Of a DNA stretch of 64,000 bases, positions 1 through 12,688 are shown piece after piece. Each line of letters starts with the position of its first letter. Positions within the stretch are counted from its first letter, which is position 1. Origin of the DNA: Leucoraja ocellata (lineage: Eukaryota). The stretch spans positions 9,176,001 through 9,240,000 of the forward strand of contig JAWMAR010000026.1 in assembly GCA_036785375.1 (NCBI GenBank), in the 5' to 3' direction. The notes under the pieces are model-generated. The model saw only the letters and a list, made by a program, of their open reading frames with translations. It was not told the DNA's origin and did not search any database. The translations under genes were made by a program, and so were the position numbers.

Positions 1-116
1 GAAAAATAATATTTTTTCACTTCTATTCAAATACCCATCAGTTCATCCCCTTGATGCGAAATCTGCATTCCTCCCCTTTCACAATGTCCTACATCCAGGC
101 CAAAGACTTGTCATAT

Positions 117-351
117 ACTGAGAAGATACAGGCCACCGTTTCACACTACACACTGCAACTTCTTGATTTTTGTACTCTGCCTGTATGTAAAATACTGTAG
201 CTTGTCCTCCCATTTTCAAAGGTGCATTGGGCATAATCCATAATCACGCGTAGGGATTACACATGATTGGGGATTATGTCCATATAGGCAGAGTACAAAA
301 TCAAGGAGTTTACAATGTGCAGTGTGAAAGTATGGCCTGTATCTTCTCAGT
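117..351. mobile_element. Palindromic MITE-like element
   Basis: About 70-bp imperfect inverted arms: ACTGAGAAGATACAGGCCA...TTTTGTACTCTGCCTGTATG (117-187) versus CATATAGGCAGAGTACAAAA...TGGCCTGTATCTTCTCAGT (281-351), plus an inner inverted pair CATAATCC/GGATTATG. Confidence 0.6.
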
Positions 352-487
352 CAGATTATACAGTAAGCATTCATGAGCAAAAAATAAGCTGCCGCAGGAA
401 GCATCATAGAAACATAGAAAATATGTGCAGGAGTAGGCCATTCGAGCTTGCACCGACATTCAATATGATCATGGCTGATCATCCAAC

Positions 488-3451
488 TCAGTATCCTGTA
501 CCTGCCTTCTCTCCATACCCCCTGATCCCTTTAGCCACAAGGGCCACATCTAACTCCCTCTTAAATATAGCCAATGAACTGGCCTCAACTACCTTCTGCG
601 GCAGAGAATTCCAGAAATTCACCACTCTCTGTGTGAAAAACGTTTTCCTCATCTCGGTCCTAAAAGATTTCCCCCTTATCCTTAAACTATGACCCCTTGT
701 TCTGGACTTCCCCAACATCGGGAACAATCTTCCTGCATCTAGCCTGTCCAACCCCTTAAGAATTTTGTAAGTTTCTATAAGATCCCCCCTCAATCTTCTA
801 AATTCTAGCGAGTACAAACCGAGTCTATCCAGTCTTTCTTCATATGAAAGTCCTGACATCCCAGGAATCAGTCTGGTGAACCTTCTCTGTACTCCCTCTA
901 TGGCAAGAATGTCTTTCCTCAGATTAGGAGACCAAAACTGTACGCAATACTCCAGGTGTGGTCTCACCAAGACCCTGTACAACTGCAGTAGAACCTCCCT
1001 GCTCCTATACTCAAATCCTTTTGCTATGAATGCTAACATACCATTCGCCTTCTTCACTGCCTGCTGCACCTGCATGCCTACTTTTAATGACTGGTGTACC
1101 ATGACACCCAGGTCTCGTTGCATCTCCCCCTTTCCTAATCGGCCACCATTCAGATAATAGTCTACTTTCCTGTTTTTGCCACCAAAGTGGATAACCTCAC
1201 ATTTATCCACATTATACGGCATCTGCCATGCATTTGCCCACTCACCCAGCCTATCCAAGTCACCTTGCAGCCTCCTAGCATCCTCCTCATAGCTAACACT
1301 GCCCCCCAGCTTCGTGTCATCCGCAAACTTGGAGATGTTGCATTCAATTCCCTCGTCCAAATCATTAATATATATCATAAATAGCTGGGGTCCCAGAACT
1401 GAGCCTTGCGGTACCCCACTAGTCACTGCCTGCCATTGTGAAAAGGACCCATTCACTCCAACTCTTTGCTTCCTGTCTGCCAACCAGTTCTCTATCCACA
1501 TCAATACTGAACCCCCAATACCGTGTGCTTTAAGTTTGTATACTAATCTCTTATGTGGGACCTTGTCGAATGCCTTCTGAAAGTCCAGATACAACACATC
1601 CACTGGTTCTCCCTTATCCACTCTACTAGTTACATCCTCGAAAAATTCTATAAGATTCGTCAGACATTATTTATCTTTCATAAATCCATGCTGACTTTGT
1701 CCAATGATTTCACCACTTTCCAAATGTGCAGCTATCCCATCTTTAATAACTGATTCTAGCAGTTTCCCCACTACCGACGTTAGACTAACTGGTCTGTAAT
1801 TCCCTGTTTTCTCTCTTCCCTCCCTTTTTAAAAAGTGAGGTTACATTAGTTACCCTCCAATCCTCAGGAACTACTCCAGAATCTAAAGAGTTTTGAAAAA
1901 TTATCACTAATGCATCCACTATTTCTGGGGCTACTTCCTTAAGTACTCTGGGATGCAGCCTTTCTGGCCCTGGGGATTTATCGGCCTTTAATTCATTCAA
2001 TTTACCTAACACCACTTCCCGGCTAACCTGGATTTCACTCAGTTCCCCCATCTCATTTGACCCCCAGTCCCCTGCTATTTCTGGCAGATTATTTATGTCT
2101 TCCTTAGTGAAGACAGAACCAAAGTAGTTATTCAATTGGTCTGCCATGTCCTTGTTCCCCATGATCAATTCACCCGTTTCTGACTGCAAGGGACCTACAT
2201 TTGTTTTAACTAATCTTTTTCTCTTCACATATCTATAAAAGCTTTTGCAGTAAGTTTTTATGTTCCCTGCCAGTTTTCTTTCATAATCTATTTTCCCATT
2301 CCTAATTAAGCCCTTTGTCCTCCTCTGCTGGTCTCTGAAATTCTCCCAGTCCTCAGGTAGGCTGCTTTTTCTGGCTAATTTGTACGCTTCATCTTTTGTT
2401 TTGACACTATCCCTGATTTCCCTTGTTATCCACGGATGCACTACCTTCCCTGATTTATTTTTTTGCCTAACTGGGATGAACAATTGTTGTAGTTCATCCA
2501 TGCAGTCTTTAAATGCCTTCCATTGCATATCCACCATCAACCATTAAGAATCAATCGCCAGTCTATCTTGGCCAATTCACGTCTCATACCCTCAAAGTTA
2601 CCTTTCTTTAAGTTCAGGACCCTTGTTTCTGAATTAACAATGTCACTCTCCATCCTAATGAAGAACTCAACCATATTATGGTCACTCTTGCCCAAGGAGC
2701 CTCGCACAACAAGACTGCTAACTAACCCTTCCTCATTACTCAATACCCAGTCTAGAATAGCCTGCTCTCTCGTTGGTTCCTCTACATGTTGGTTTAGAAA
2801 ACTATCCCGCATACATTCCAAGAAATCCTCTTCCTCAGCACCCTTGCCAATTTGATTCACCCAATCTATATGTAGATTGAAGTCACCCATTATAACTGTT
2901 TTACCTTTGTTGCACGCATTTCTAATTTCCTGTTTGATGCCATCCCCAACTCCACTACTACTGTTAGGTGGCCTGTATACAACTCCCACTAGCGTTTTCT
3001 GCCCCTTAGTGTTTCGCAGCTCTACCCATATCGATTCCACATCCTCAAAGCTAATGTCCTTCCTTTCTATTGCGTTAATCTGCTCTCTAACCAGCAACGC
3101 TACCCCACCTCCTTTCCCTTTCTGTCTATCCCTCCTGAATATTGAATATCCCTGGATGTTCAGCTCCCAGCCTTGGTCACCTTGGAGCCATGTCTCCGTG
3201 ATCCCAACTATATCATAGTCATTAATAGCTATCTGCACATTCAACTCATCCACCTTATTACGAATGCTCCTTGCATTGAGACACAAAGCCTTCAGGCTTG
3301 TTTTTACAACACTCTTATCCCTTATACTATTATGCTGAAAAGTGGCCCTTTTTGATTTTTGCCCTGGATTTGCCGGCCTGCCACTTTTACTTTTCTCCTT
3401 GCTACCTATTGCTTCTACCCTCATTTCACACCCCTCTGTCTCTACGCTCAC
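488..3451 (-). pseudogene. CR1 ORF2 (APE endonuclease + reverse transcriptase), disrupted
   Basis: APE motifs LNARS, GITETW, MGDFN, SDH; RT motifs GVPQGSVLGP and FADD; frameshifts near 2540 and 1810 and an in-frame stop near 1668. Confidence 0.92.
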
Positions 3452-3519
3452 ACATTTAAGAAACCTTTACCCTTTAACTCCATTCTCCACTATCCCATTC
3501 GACACCACACCCCGCTTAT

Positions 3520-4438
3520 TCAGTTTAAAACCACCCGTGTAGCAGAGGCAAACCTGTCTGCCAAAATGCTGGTCCCACACCTGTTAAGATGCAATCCGTC
3601 CCTTTTGTACAGTTCCCCCTTACCCCAAAACAGATCCCAGTGATCTAAGAATCTAAATTACTGCCCCATGCACCAGTTCCTCAGCCACACATTGACGTCC
3701 TGTATCTCCCTGTTCCTGCTCTCGCCAGCACGAGGAACTGGAAGCAAACTGGAGATAACAACCCTGGAGGTCCTGCTTTTCAGCATTTTTCCAAGCTCTC
3801 TAAAGTCACGCTGCAGAATATTCATCCCCTTCTTTCCGACATCGTTTGTGCCAACATGCACTACCACGTCCGGATGTTCACCTTCACCCTTGAGGATTTT
3901 CTGCACTCTGTCTGTGATATCCTGGATCCCTGCACCAGGAAGGCAGCACACCATCCTCGCATCCCGTCTGTTGCCACCGAAACCCCTGTCCGTACCTCTC
4001 ACAATGGAGTCTCGCACTACAATGGCGTTGCCTGCCTTAGGCCTTTTTGGTTTTGGCTCAACAGCCCTATTCGCATCACAAGCCAGTCCGCCGCTCAGTG
4101 TGAACACATCTTCTGTCCCGACAGCTTCTAAGTGGGTGAACCTGTTCACAAGAGGTACAACACCCGGGGACGTTGGCATTCCATGCTTCCCTTCCTTTCT
4201 CACTGTCTCCCACCTTCTCCCTTCCAGTACCTTAGGTGTAACAATCTTACTGTAGGACTTGTCGAGGAATGACTCGGACGAACCGGAGGTCATCCACTTG
4301 CTTCTCCAGTTCCCCAACACGGTCCTTCAGGAGCTCTACCTGGGTGCACTTCTCGCATTTGTAGCAGCCAGAGGCACCAGCGGTGTCCTTGACCTCCCAC
4401 ATACTGCAAGCATCGCACTCAATCAGCTTGCCTGACAT
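3520..4438 (-). pseudogene. CR1 ORF1 (CxxC-CxxC zinc finger, coiled coil, SGNH/GDSL esterase), disrupted
   Basis: CDAC...CEKC at the N-terminus, then (G/R)DSIVRG, CLPGA, VHVGTND, and DGLHL after a premature stop at 3658; one frameshift near 4270. Confidence 0.85.
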
Positions 4439-5145
4439 CTCCTTCTTTCGTCTCTAACTCTCAAGCGTATTGCGTGGTCTCCTCGCCGAAGACTCTCGAG
4501 CCAAAGACTCACACTTTACTCACAGGGCACTTCCCTCACTAGGCCGCTCACTCACTGCCACTCCCTAAGAGCAGTCTTGCTTAAATTGACTGATAAATTG
4601 CCCAATTTACCAATTTACATACCAATTCCTCAGTTTTCAACTGTTTTCCCGGCACTGACTCACTTCTCTCCTCCCACTCGGGCTAGAGCCAATCAGTCCG
4701 ATCTCTTGCTAATCTCCTCCTGCTGTTGCTCCCAAATCTACAGCAGTTCTGAGTAAAGTCTGCCTGTGCTTGGCTTCTACTTTTCAACTGTTTTCACCCC
4801 TCTGACCCATCAGGCAGCATCCATGAAGGAAAATGGACATTGTTTTGGATCGGGATGACTTCTCACAGGAGCTTGTTTTTTACTCAAGGTTCCAACATCT
4901 ACAGTCTCTTGTTCGGCCAGTACTCATCTCCAAGCATCACCAAATATGGATCAAATAGTCATTGCTGTTTTTAGTTCATATTTCACTGCCATGTTTACAA
5001 CAGTAACAATGGACATATTTAACAGAGTGTAAAGTGCTTTGGCACATTGAGGTTTCAAAAGCACCATGTTAATGTTTTTTAAACATGCACATTGTACAGT
5101 ATTAATGAGTGGATGGATTATAACGGAAAGTGAAAAAGAACCTAC

Positions 5146-5230
5146 TGATTGTTGGCAGGCATAGTTAGTGTTTTTGTTGAAGTTGCAAGATCCATATGAA
5201 CAGCAGTATGTATTCAGGTTAGCCCACACC
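5146..5230 (-). CDS. Cathepsin A-like (lysosomal protective protein-like) coding exon 6
   Basis: AG|G...TCA|GTAGGT, 85 nt, VWANLNTYCCSYGSCNFNKNTNYACQQS, matching the CC..C..C exon of CTSA; phase is consistent with the preceding exon. Confidence 0.88.
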
Positions 5231-5510
5231 CTTAAATGAGGGGGAAAAAAAGAGAGATAATGTCAACTCAAATGTAGCATTCAACTGTACCAGGCCAAGC
5301 ATCCTTACTATAAGGGGTTTCCTTTGCATTAAGCTCATTTTGCAGTCACCATTGATCACCAGTGCATCTTATTTTCTTATCTCAGCAGACAGGAGATGGT
5401 GAGAGACTCTGTTTTCCATTGCGACACCATATTGTTTAGTGCATATAAAACCCACTAATAGCAAATATTCTATTATTAATATCAATATTCTATTATTAAT
5501 AGAATATTCA

Positions 5511-5780
5511 TGGTACAGCGGTAGAGCTGCTGCCTCACAGCGACAGTGACCCGGGTTTGATCCTGACTATGAGTGCTGCCTGTGCGGAATTTGCACGTTC
5601 TCCCTGTGAATGGTGCGTCCTCCCACATTACAAACACATACAGGTTTGCAGGTTAATTGCCGCGAATGTGTAGGATGCGAAAGTGGGATAAAATAGAACT
5701 AGTATACAGTGATCGATATTTGGCATGGACTCAGTGGGCTGAAGGACCTGTTTCCACACAATATCTCTAAATTAAACTGA
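5511..5780 (+). mobile_element. HE1-like tRNA-derived V-SINE
   Basis: A/B-box head TGGTACAGCGGTAGAG...GGGTTTGATCC, V-domain GGAATTTGCACGTTCTCCCTGTG, CR1-like tail GGGCTGAAGGACCTGTTTCC followed by (CTAAA)-like repeats. Confidence 0.8.
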
Positions 5781-5979
5781 ACAAAATCACACTGAACTAA
5801 TACAGTTCTGGATAGTTTAGTGCTTGGCCGAAATTTCAACTGATCCCGATATAAAACAACCAACTCGTTGTTTGATTTTTCCCACCCCACACATTAAAAA
5901 GACAAAACCAGACAGATAATCCAGAATCAACCTAGGCACTGGAAACCGCAAAGGCAGAAACTGCCTTCTTAACCGTGTA

Positions 5980-8075
5980 ATGTCCTCCTTATACACATTT
6001 GGGGGCTTGTTGCAAAATTGGGAGAGCTGTCTCACAGGCTGGTTGAGCAGTTCCTTACACAATTATACTCATGGGATCATACCTTACAATCAACATCCTA
6101 GACAGCATCATCTCTTTCTCTGGGGATGTCCTGTCCCAAAGGCAAGACAGACCCAGCAGAGGTGGTGAAACGGTGGTACACAGTTTTGCAGGAACTGCCT
6201 TGGGAGACCTTGACATTGACTTCGGATCCCATGAAATGTCATGGAATCAGGTTGGATTTGGTCAAGGAAACCTTCTACTAATTGCCACTCACCACCTTCC
6301 CTCAGTTAATGAATCAATACTACTCCATGTACTGTAGAACACCACCTGGAGGAACCACTGGGAGTGGCAAAGGCAAAGAATGTACTCTGGGTGGAGTCTT
6401 CAATGTGCATCAGCAAAAGTGACTGGGTAGCACCACAACTGACTGAGATGGCTGAGTGCTTAATGACACTATTGCCAGACTGGTTTTAGGGAACTATCAA
6501 GAGGGAAAAACCTACTTGATCTCCGCCTCACTAATCTACTTATCGCTGATGGATCTGATCATGACATTATAGGTAAGAGTGACCACCCCACAGTCCTCGT
6601 GGAAACAAAACTAATCTTCACAGTGAGAATACACATCATCGTGTCACATGGTAAATGGGGCAGACTGTGATTAGATCTTGGAACTCAGGATTGGGTATCC
6701 AATAGGCGCTGCAAACCATCAATAGCAGCAGAACTACTCAACCACAATCTGCAAGCTCATGGCCTGGCAAGCCCGCACTCTACCGTTACCATCACACCAG
6801 ACAATCAACCCTGGTTCAATGAAGAGTAAAGGAGAGCATGTCAGCAGTAGCACCAGGCTACTGGCTACTCAGCACCAGGCATACCTCAGAACAAGGGATC
6901 AAACTGGTGAAGGAACAGGACAGGACTATTTGCACGCCAAACAATATAAACAGCATGCTTTAGACAGAGCTTAACAGCTCAAGACCAATGGATCAGATCT
7001 AAGCTCTTCAGTCCTATCACATCCTGTCCTGAATGGTGGTAGACAAATAAACAGCCCTCTGGGGGAGAAGGGTTCACAAATATCCCAATTCTCAATGATA
7101 CGGAATCCCGGCACATCAATGCAAAAGACAAAGCTGAAGTATTTACACGACATTTCAACCAGATGTACCAAAGTGGATAGCTCATTTTAGGCTCCTCCAG
7201 TGTGGCAGATGCCAGTCAGCAGTCAATTTGATTCAGAAACAGCTAAAGACTCTGGATACAGCAAAGGCAATGGCTCCTGACAACATTCACGTAAAGGTAC
7301 TGAAGATTTGTTATCTAGAACTCGCCGAATCCTAGGCCAAGCTGTACAAGTACAACTACAACACTGGCATTAACCGACAATGTGGAAAATTACTCAGGTA
7401 TGTCTTGTCCCCAAGAAGTAGGACAAATCCAATGTGGTCCATTAGTACCTCAATAGTTTACTGTCAATCATCAGCAAAGTGATGGAAGGAATCGACGATT
7501 GTGCTATCAAGTGACACTTGCTTAGAAACAATTTGCTCTCAGAAACCCACTTCCTAACCTCAGGCCAGCTTTGGTCCAAACATGGACAAAAAACCTGAAT
7601 ACCATATGTGAAGAGGTGACATCAATGCAGCATTTGATCATGTATAATGTCAAGGAACCCTAGCTAAACTGGACTCAATGGGAATCAGGAGAACAACCCT
7701 CCGCTGGCTGGAATCACACCTCGCACAAAGGAAGGTGGTTGTGGTGGTTGGAGATCAATCTTCTCGGCCATTGGACATCTCTGAAGGAGTTCTTCAGGGT
7801 AGTGTCCTCGGTCCAACCATTTTCTACTGCTTCATCAATGACCTTCTTTCAATCATAAGATCAGAAGTAGGATGTTTGTTGATAATCTGCACAATGTTCA
7901 GCACCATTTGTGACTCCTCAGACGTGAAGCAGCCCTCAACCAAATGCAGCAATACCTGGACAATATCCTGGGCTAATAGGTGGTAAGTAACATTCACATC
8001 ACACAAATGCAAAGCAATGTTGATATCTAACAAGAGAAAATCCAACAAGGAATCATCATTTGACTGCATTCTCTC
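5980..8075 (+). mobile_element. Old, heavily degenerate non-LTR retrotransposon ORF2 (CR1/L2-group)
   Basis: Remnant APE peptide (RQDRPSRGG) and RT peptide (GVLQGSVLGPTIFYCFINDL) with many stops and frameshifts; boundaries approximate. Confidence 0.75.
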
Positions 8076-8185
8076 TTTCCCATTGGAACATAAGTTACTG
8101 TCAATACAACACTATACCTTGGGATTAGTCCAACAGTAACTTATAATAAGGCATTGCCCCATGTCACAAGTATGAATGATCCTTC

Positions 8186-8448
8186 AGGAAGGAGATGAGG
8201 AGGAATTTCTTTAGTCAGAGGGTGGTGAATCTGTTGAATTCTTTGCCACAGAAGTCTATGGATGCCGTCAATGGATATTTTTAAGGCAGAGATAGATAGA
8301 TTCTTGATTAGTACAGGTGTCAGGGATTATGGGGAGAAGGCAGGAGTAGGGGTTAGGAGGGGGCAATAGATCAGCCATGATTGAATGGCGGCGTAGACTT
8401 GATGAGCTGAATGGCTTATTTCTGCTCCCATCACTTATGAACTTATGA
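8186..8448 (+). mobile_element. CR1 3' fragment
   Basis: GAGATGAGGAGGAATTTCTTTAGTCAGAGGGTGGTGAATCTG followed by a CR1 3'UTR and (CTTATGA) tail. Confidence 0.8.
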
Positions 8449-9265
8449 AACCTTATTGATGATTTTTTTCTACAAAATCTAAATATTGATTGTCAGCTTT
8501 TACCATCATAAACTCCAAGGTTCTCAATGTACCAACATAAAATTGTTGTGCTGTAATTATACCTTCCATTACAGTGCAGGTGGTGGCTTCATTGGAGAAG
8601 AGGTAATTATAGTACTAAATATGCTTTCTATTATAAATGTTGATGGAGGAATATATAATTGAGTTTAAGGCAGAGAATATGGGCAGTCATATCCATCTTT
8701 TATACATTGCTTTCACTTTTGCACTTGTCCCAAGTGTCTTCCCTTAAATACTTTGTTCACCTTGTTTTCTTGCATTTCCCACTACAGATGGTAGGACATG
8801 TGAGGAAATCCTTAATGGTTATAGGATCTATATGGAATAGGGACTGTGGGAAAACATATCCCCTCTCCCAAATACTTATGCTTCCTTGCTTTTCCATCTT
8901 AATGTATTCCTTAGACCAGATTCTTCCTTGGGACTCTCCCTCTACTTTAACTCTTCACTGATCATTTTACTTATCTACGTTATCAAGGATGTCATAAGGT
9001 TAGAACCCTCTAACTCACCCACCAATCATAGCCATATAGCACAGAAACAGGCTCTTCAGCCCATCAAGTCCATGCTGACCGATGTATTAATCTCTACTAA
9101 TCCTATTTTTTCAGGACTTGGCCTGTGGTGTTCCTTGCCTTTCACATACTTGTTTAGATTCTTCTTAAATATAGTGAGAGTACCTGTTCCCACCATTGCT
9201 CCCATGCTGGAGGTAACACTGCCTTGATGTTGGTCAGAATAAGAGATCAACTCCTGAAATGGGAA

Positions 9266-9356
9266 GTCTGAAGGTCTCGACCCGAAACGTCGCCCATTCC
9301 TTCTCCCCAGAGATGCTGCCTGGCCCGCTGAGTTACTCCAGCTTTTTGTGTCTATC
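9266..9356 (+). mobile_element. Penelope-derived short repeat with degenerate hammerhead-like core
   Basis: CTGAAG...GTCTCGACCCGAAACGTC...AGATGCTGCCTGGCCCGCTGAGTTACTCCAGC, the same unit that follows the GIY-YIG remnants at 12.7 kb and 60.7 kb. Confidence 0.7.
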
Positions 9357-9490
9357 TAAGGTTCATCGCACATTGGACGGGGCTGCCTAGCCATTGACAC
9401 AAACTGATGAGAGAGGGTGGGGGGATCCCTTGGGACTGATCTCGCAAACCTTTAGTATTCCCGGTCTGGATGTTCAAATATGATGCTTAC

Positions 9491-9582
9491 GTGTCCCCGA
9501 TAAGTCCATGATAATACGCAAAGTAGACGATTGACTGATCATTGTAAAATTCGCTGCTCAATCCATTGCCAATACCAAATCC
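9491..9582 (-). CDS. Cathepsin A-like coding exon 5
   Basis: TTTTGTAG|GGA...AC|GTAAGC, 92 nt, [30 protein letters not shown] (S10 GxxxGNG motif). Not in the ORF track. Confidence 0.93.
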
Positions 9583-10332
9583 CTACAAAATAGGACACAG
9601 TGTCATCCTAGTGTTAATAAACTAGACACACAGTTCACACACAGTGCTTCCAGAGTACTTGCATTTTCCGACTATAGGACAAGATCAACTTTTTGACATG
9701 GGTGGTTGTGGAGCAAGAGAGACCACATGGGTTTCCCTCAGGTGCTCTGGTTACCTTTCACATCCTTAAGGCATGCGGGTTGTGGGTCACTGTAACTTCT
9801 GGCAATTGTGTAAATAAGTGGTTGAAACTGGGTGGAGGGAGCTGATGGGAATGTGGGGAGAATAAAGTGGGTAAGGGTAGGATTAATTTAAATGGTTGCT
9901 TAATGGTCAACATAGAATCGATGGGCAAAAGGACCTGTTTCTGTGCTATTTGTCTTTTTTGTTCTCGGAATAAGAGAATAAACTCTCAATCAACATCACC
10001 CAAAACCATTTATCTGGTGAGGTATTTTGTGGGAGCTTGTTCACTGCTGTGTGTCTCCCACATTACCATACTTCAGTAAGCACCGGGCTGGGTGCATTGA
10101 GTGTCCAGGGAACGTGAAAACAACCTTAGGAACCTTTCTTTCAGAAGATGTGGTTAATGGTGCTGTTGGTGTATTCCCCCACCCCAACGATAACCACACA
10201 CACGCATGCACACACAGAGGTGTAGGAGGGACACACAAGGAGGGACAGTAGCTCTGACAAGCTGAAAGTTAGCTTCAGTCCTGCCTGTGATGGGCAGGAA
10301 CAGCCCACCTTGTCAGTTACTGGAAACAGACT

Positions 10333-10633
10333 TGGTTTCCGCTTCTTCTATGTTCCGGTGATTATTTAAAAAAATTCAAAACTGGCCACGACTAAAAATA
10401 GGTTGCCGTTTTAAAAATCGGTAATTTTTTAGTCGAAGCCGGTTGCGATGCTAGTTGAAGGTAGTTTAAAACGGCAACCTATTTTTAGTCGCGGCCGGTT
10501 TTGAATTTTTTTAAATAATCACCGGAACATAGAAGAAGCGGAAACCACTTTCGACCATTAGGGAGACTGACACCTTGGGTGGGGTCAAAGTCTCCAGAGG
10601 TTTCCGTTCAGGTTTCCTAAGTGGGACAGGGGC
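10333..10633. mobile_element. Probable PIF/Harbinger-type MITE fragment with an 83-bp internal inverted repeat
   Basis: Arms at 10333-10415 and 10465-10547 are near-perfect reverse complements; the right end TAAGTGGGACAGGGGC resembles a Harbinger TIR; no matching left TIR found. Confidence 0.55.
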
Positions 10634-10924
10634 ATAACTGGTCTCATTATCTCATTTCCTATATGGGATTTGGCAATGCAGAAACTGGTTACTTGGTTTC
10701 CCGCAGTTGCACATCAAATTAATTTATAAGTTGTAGGATGCTTTGGGATGGCAGTGAAGTGTGCCCACACTCTGTTCTCTCATACCAACACAATTCTTAA
10801 TTCTCACATTAGAGTTGTAAACAGGGGACAGTGATCCTGACCATAGTTGGGACACAATATCCATTTAATAACAGACAGAAGAACAATGGAAAGAAGGCCA
10901 TTCATGTTGAAACAAAAACACAAT

Positions 10925-11282
10925 GAATAATGCCAGGCCTGGATAGAGTGGATGCAAAGAGGATGTTTCCACAAGTCAGAAAGTCTAGGGTCAGAGGGCA
11001 TAGCCTCAGAATTTAAAAAATGTGCATTTAGTAAGAAGGTGAGAATCAATTTCTATAGCCAGAGGGTGGTGAATCTGTGGAATTCATTGCCACAATTGGC
11101 TGTGGAGGCCAAGTCATTGGGGATTTTTAAAGGGGAGATTGGCAGGTTCTTGATTAAAAGGTTACAGGGAGAAGGCAGAACAATGGGGTTTAGAGGGAAA
11201 GATAGATCAGCATGGCAGAGTAGACTCAATGGGCCGAATAGCTTAATTCTGCTTCAATAACATGATCTTATGAATTTATGAA
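10925..11282 (+). mobile_element. CR1 3' fragment abutting the exon 4 donor site
   Basis: FYSQRVVNLWNSLPQ peptide, CR1 3'UTR and ATCTTATGA tail. Confidence 0.8.
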
Positions 11283-11289
11283 CATATAC

Positions 11290-11448
11290 CTTGAAGTTAA
11301 TATTGGCTGGACCATTTGCAATATTGAGACTCAACGATGGTCCATAAACACCACCATAGCTTTCAGCAAACACGTAGAATTCATTCTGTGCGAATTCAGG
11401 GAACTTTTTGAAGAAATCCTGCAGGGCCAGGTAATTGTTCTCTGCAAC
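11290..11448 (-). CDS. Cathepsin A-like coding exon 4 (contains the catalytic Ser)
   Basis: CCTACAG|GTT...AAG|GTATAT, 159 nt, VAENNYLALQDFFKKFPEFAQNEFYVFAESYGGVYGPSLSLNIANGPANINFK. Confidence 0.94.
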
Positions 11449-12688
11449 CTGTAGGAATGAGGTAGGGTGAATAAAGATGTGTGGTTAATATTATGTTGAT
11501 AGGTCAATGATCGATAGAAAGTCTTTTACTGTTATCCTTGGGATTAAGTTCCAGCCATGTCAAGAATTCCAAATTCAGTCAGTAGCATTCTTGCCTCAGG
11601 TTTAGAAGCTTTTGTGTTCAGGTTTCACTCCAGGGAGTTTCATCCTGACCAAGACTTCAAATGCCATAATTGAGTAGTGCGTCATGCAGGGCTTCACAAT
11701 AAACAATTCAATATTGACACAAACTCTAAAATGAGTAAAACTCTAAAATGAGTTTGAAGAGGGAAAATGCACCTATATTTTTGTTTGAACTATTTCATAA
11801 GTAGTGTGGTGCAAATGCAGGTAGTGTAGGAAAACCTAAGGGAGACATTAAATAGTTGTTTGAGAGAGAGTGCACTCAAGAGAGGCATCACTTTTTGGGT
11901 CTGCCAGATTTTAAAATATATATAAATTAAAATGTATACTTTCTCATTCAGGATTAATGAAAGAACCTAAAATGTATGTACCTACCAGAGATAACAGGAT
12001 AAAATTGTATTTTTCCACACACTAAATACGTAAGTGAGAGTTCTTTGTGCTTGTTATTTGTATAACATTTAAGTCATTTATAGTCTGTTTAAACATTGTT
12101 TGTTCCCCAAAGTAGTTAGCACTGTGCCTATTTAGTTCCACTCCCAGGATACCTAGATAAATGCTGCTCCCTTTCTTGGGCACTGAAAGCATAGTTGCTC
12201 GATTGGGAGAAATTAGAACTGGGGACGGGGAGGGGACGGGGAGGGCATTTAAACTGATTAATTTAAGAGCGAGGAGGAGCGTCATCTCCGATGACCATGA
12301 ATCTTTGTAATTATCCACCCAGAAAGATCGGGTGGTGGTGTCACTGAATGTATCAAAGCTGCAATACAATTTTGAATAATAGGAAACTGGGATTGTGAAA
12401 ATATGGAAAAAAAGTGTAGTTGAGGTCAAGATCAGCCACAATCTTAGCAAATGGTGAATCAGGCTCAAGGGCCATATGGTCTCGACCTGCTCCCATTTAA
12501 TTTCTCCTTGTGCCAACCACTGGTCTTACAAATGCACAAACTGCAAAGTGAAAGGACCATGATAGGCTGGTTAAAGTAGTGGTCAATACAAGATCCACCA
12601 TGGGAACTGACCTCCGAAGGGATCTACAGGAAGCAATGCCACAAGAGGGCAGCATGTATCATCAAAGACCCATTGTACTCTGGCCACA

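Larger units (their letters stand above)
405..4807 (-). mobile_element. Near full-length CR1 LINE (5'UTR, ORF1, ORF2, 3' microsatellite), in an intron of the cathepsin A-like gene
   Basis: (TTTCTATG)2 3' tail at 405-420; ORF2 with APE and RT domains; ORF1 with Cys cluster and SGNH esterase; possible 5-bp TSD CATCA at 402-406 and 4808-4812. Confidence 0.93.

Noticed and set aside
488-1621. 377-aa reverse transcriptase ORF as a host gene or retron-like system
   Set aside because: It is the C-terminal part of a broken CR1 ORF2, with upstream stop and frameshifts and a CR1 tail.
5464-5508. 17-bp duplication with an AT-rich hairpin
   Set aside because: Short, low-complexity, and at a SINE 5' junction; likely an integration or slippage scar.
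5511-5580. tRNA genes at SINE heads (also at 55451 and 32600)
   Set aside because: The A/B boxes run directly into V-SINE bodies and there is no complete cloverleaf.
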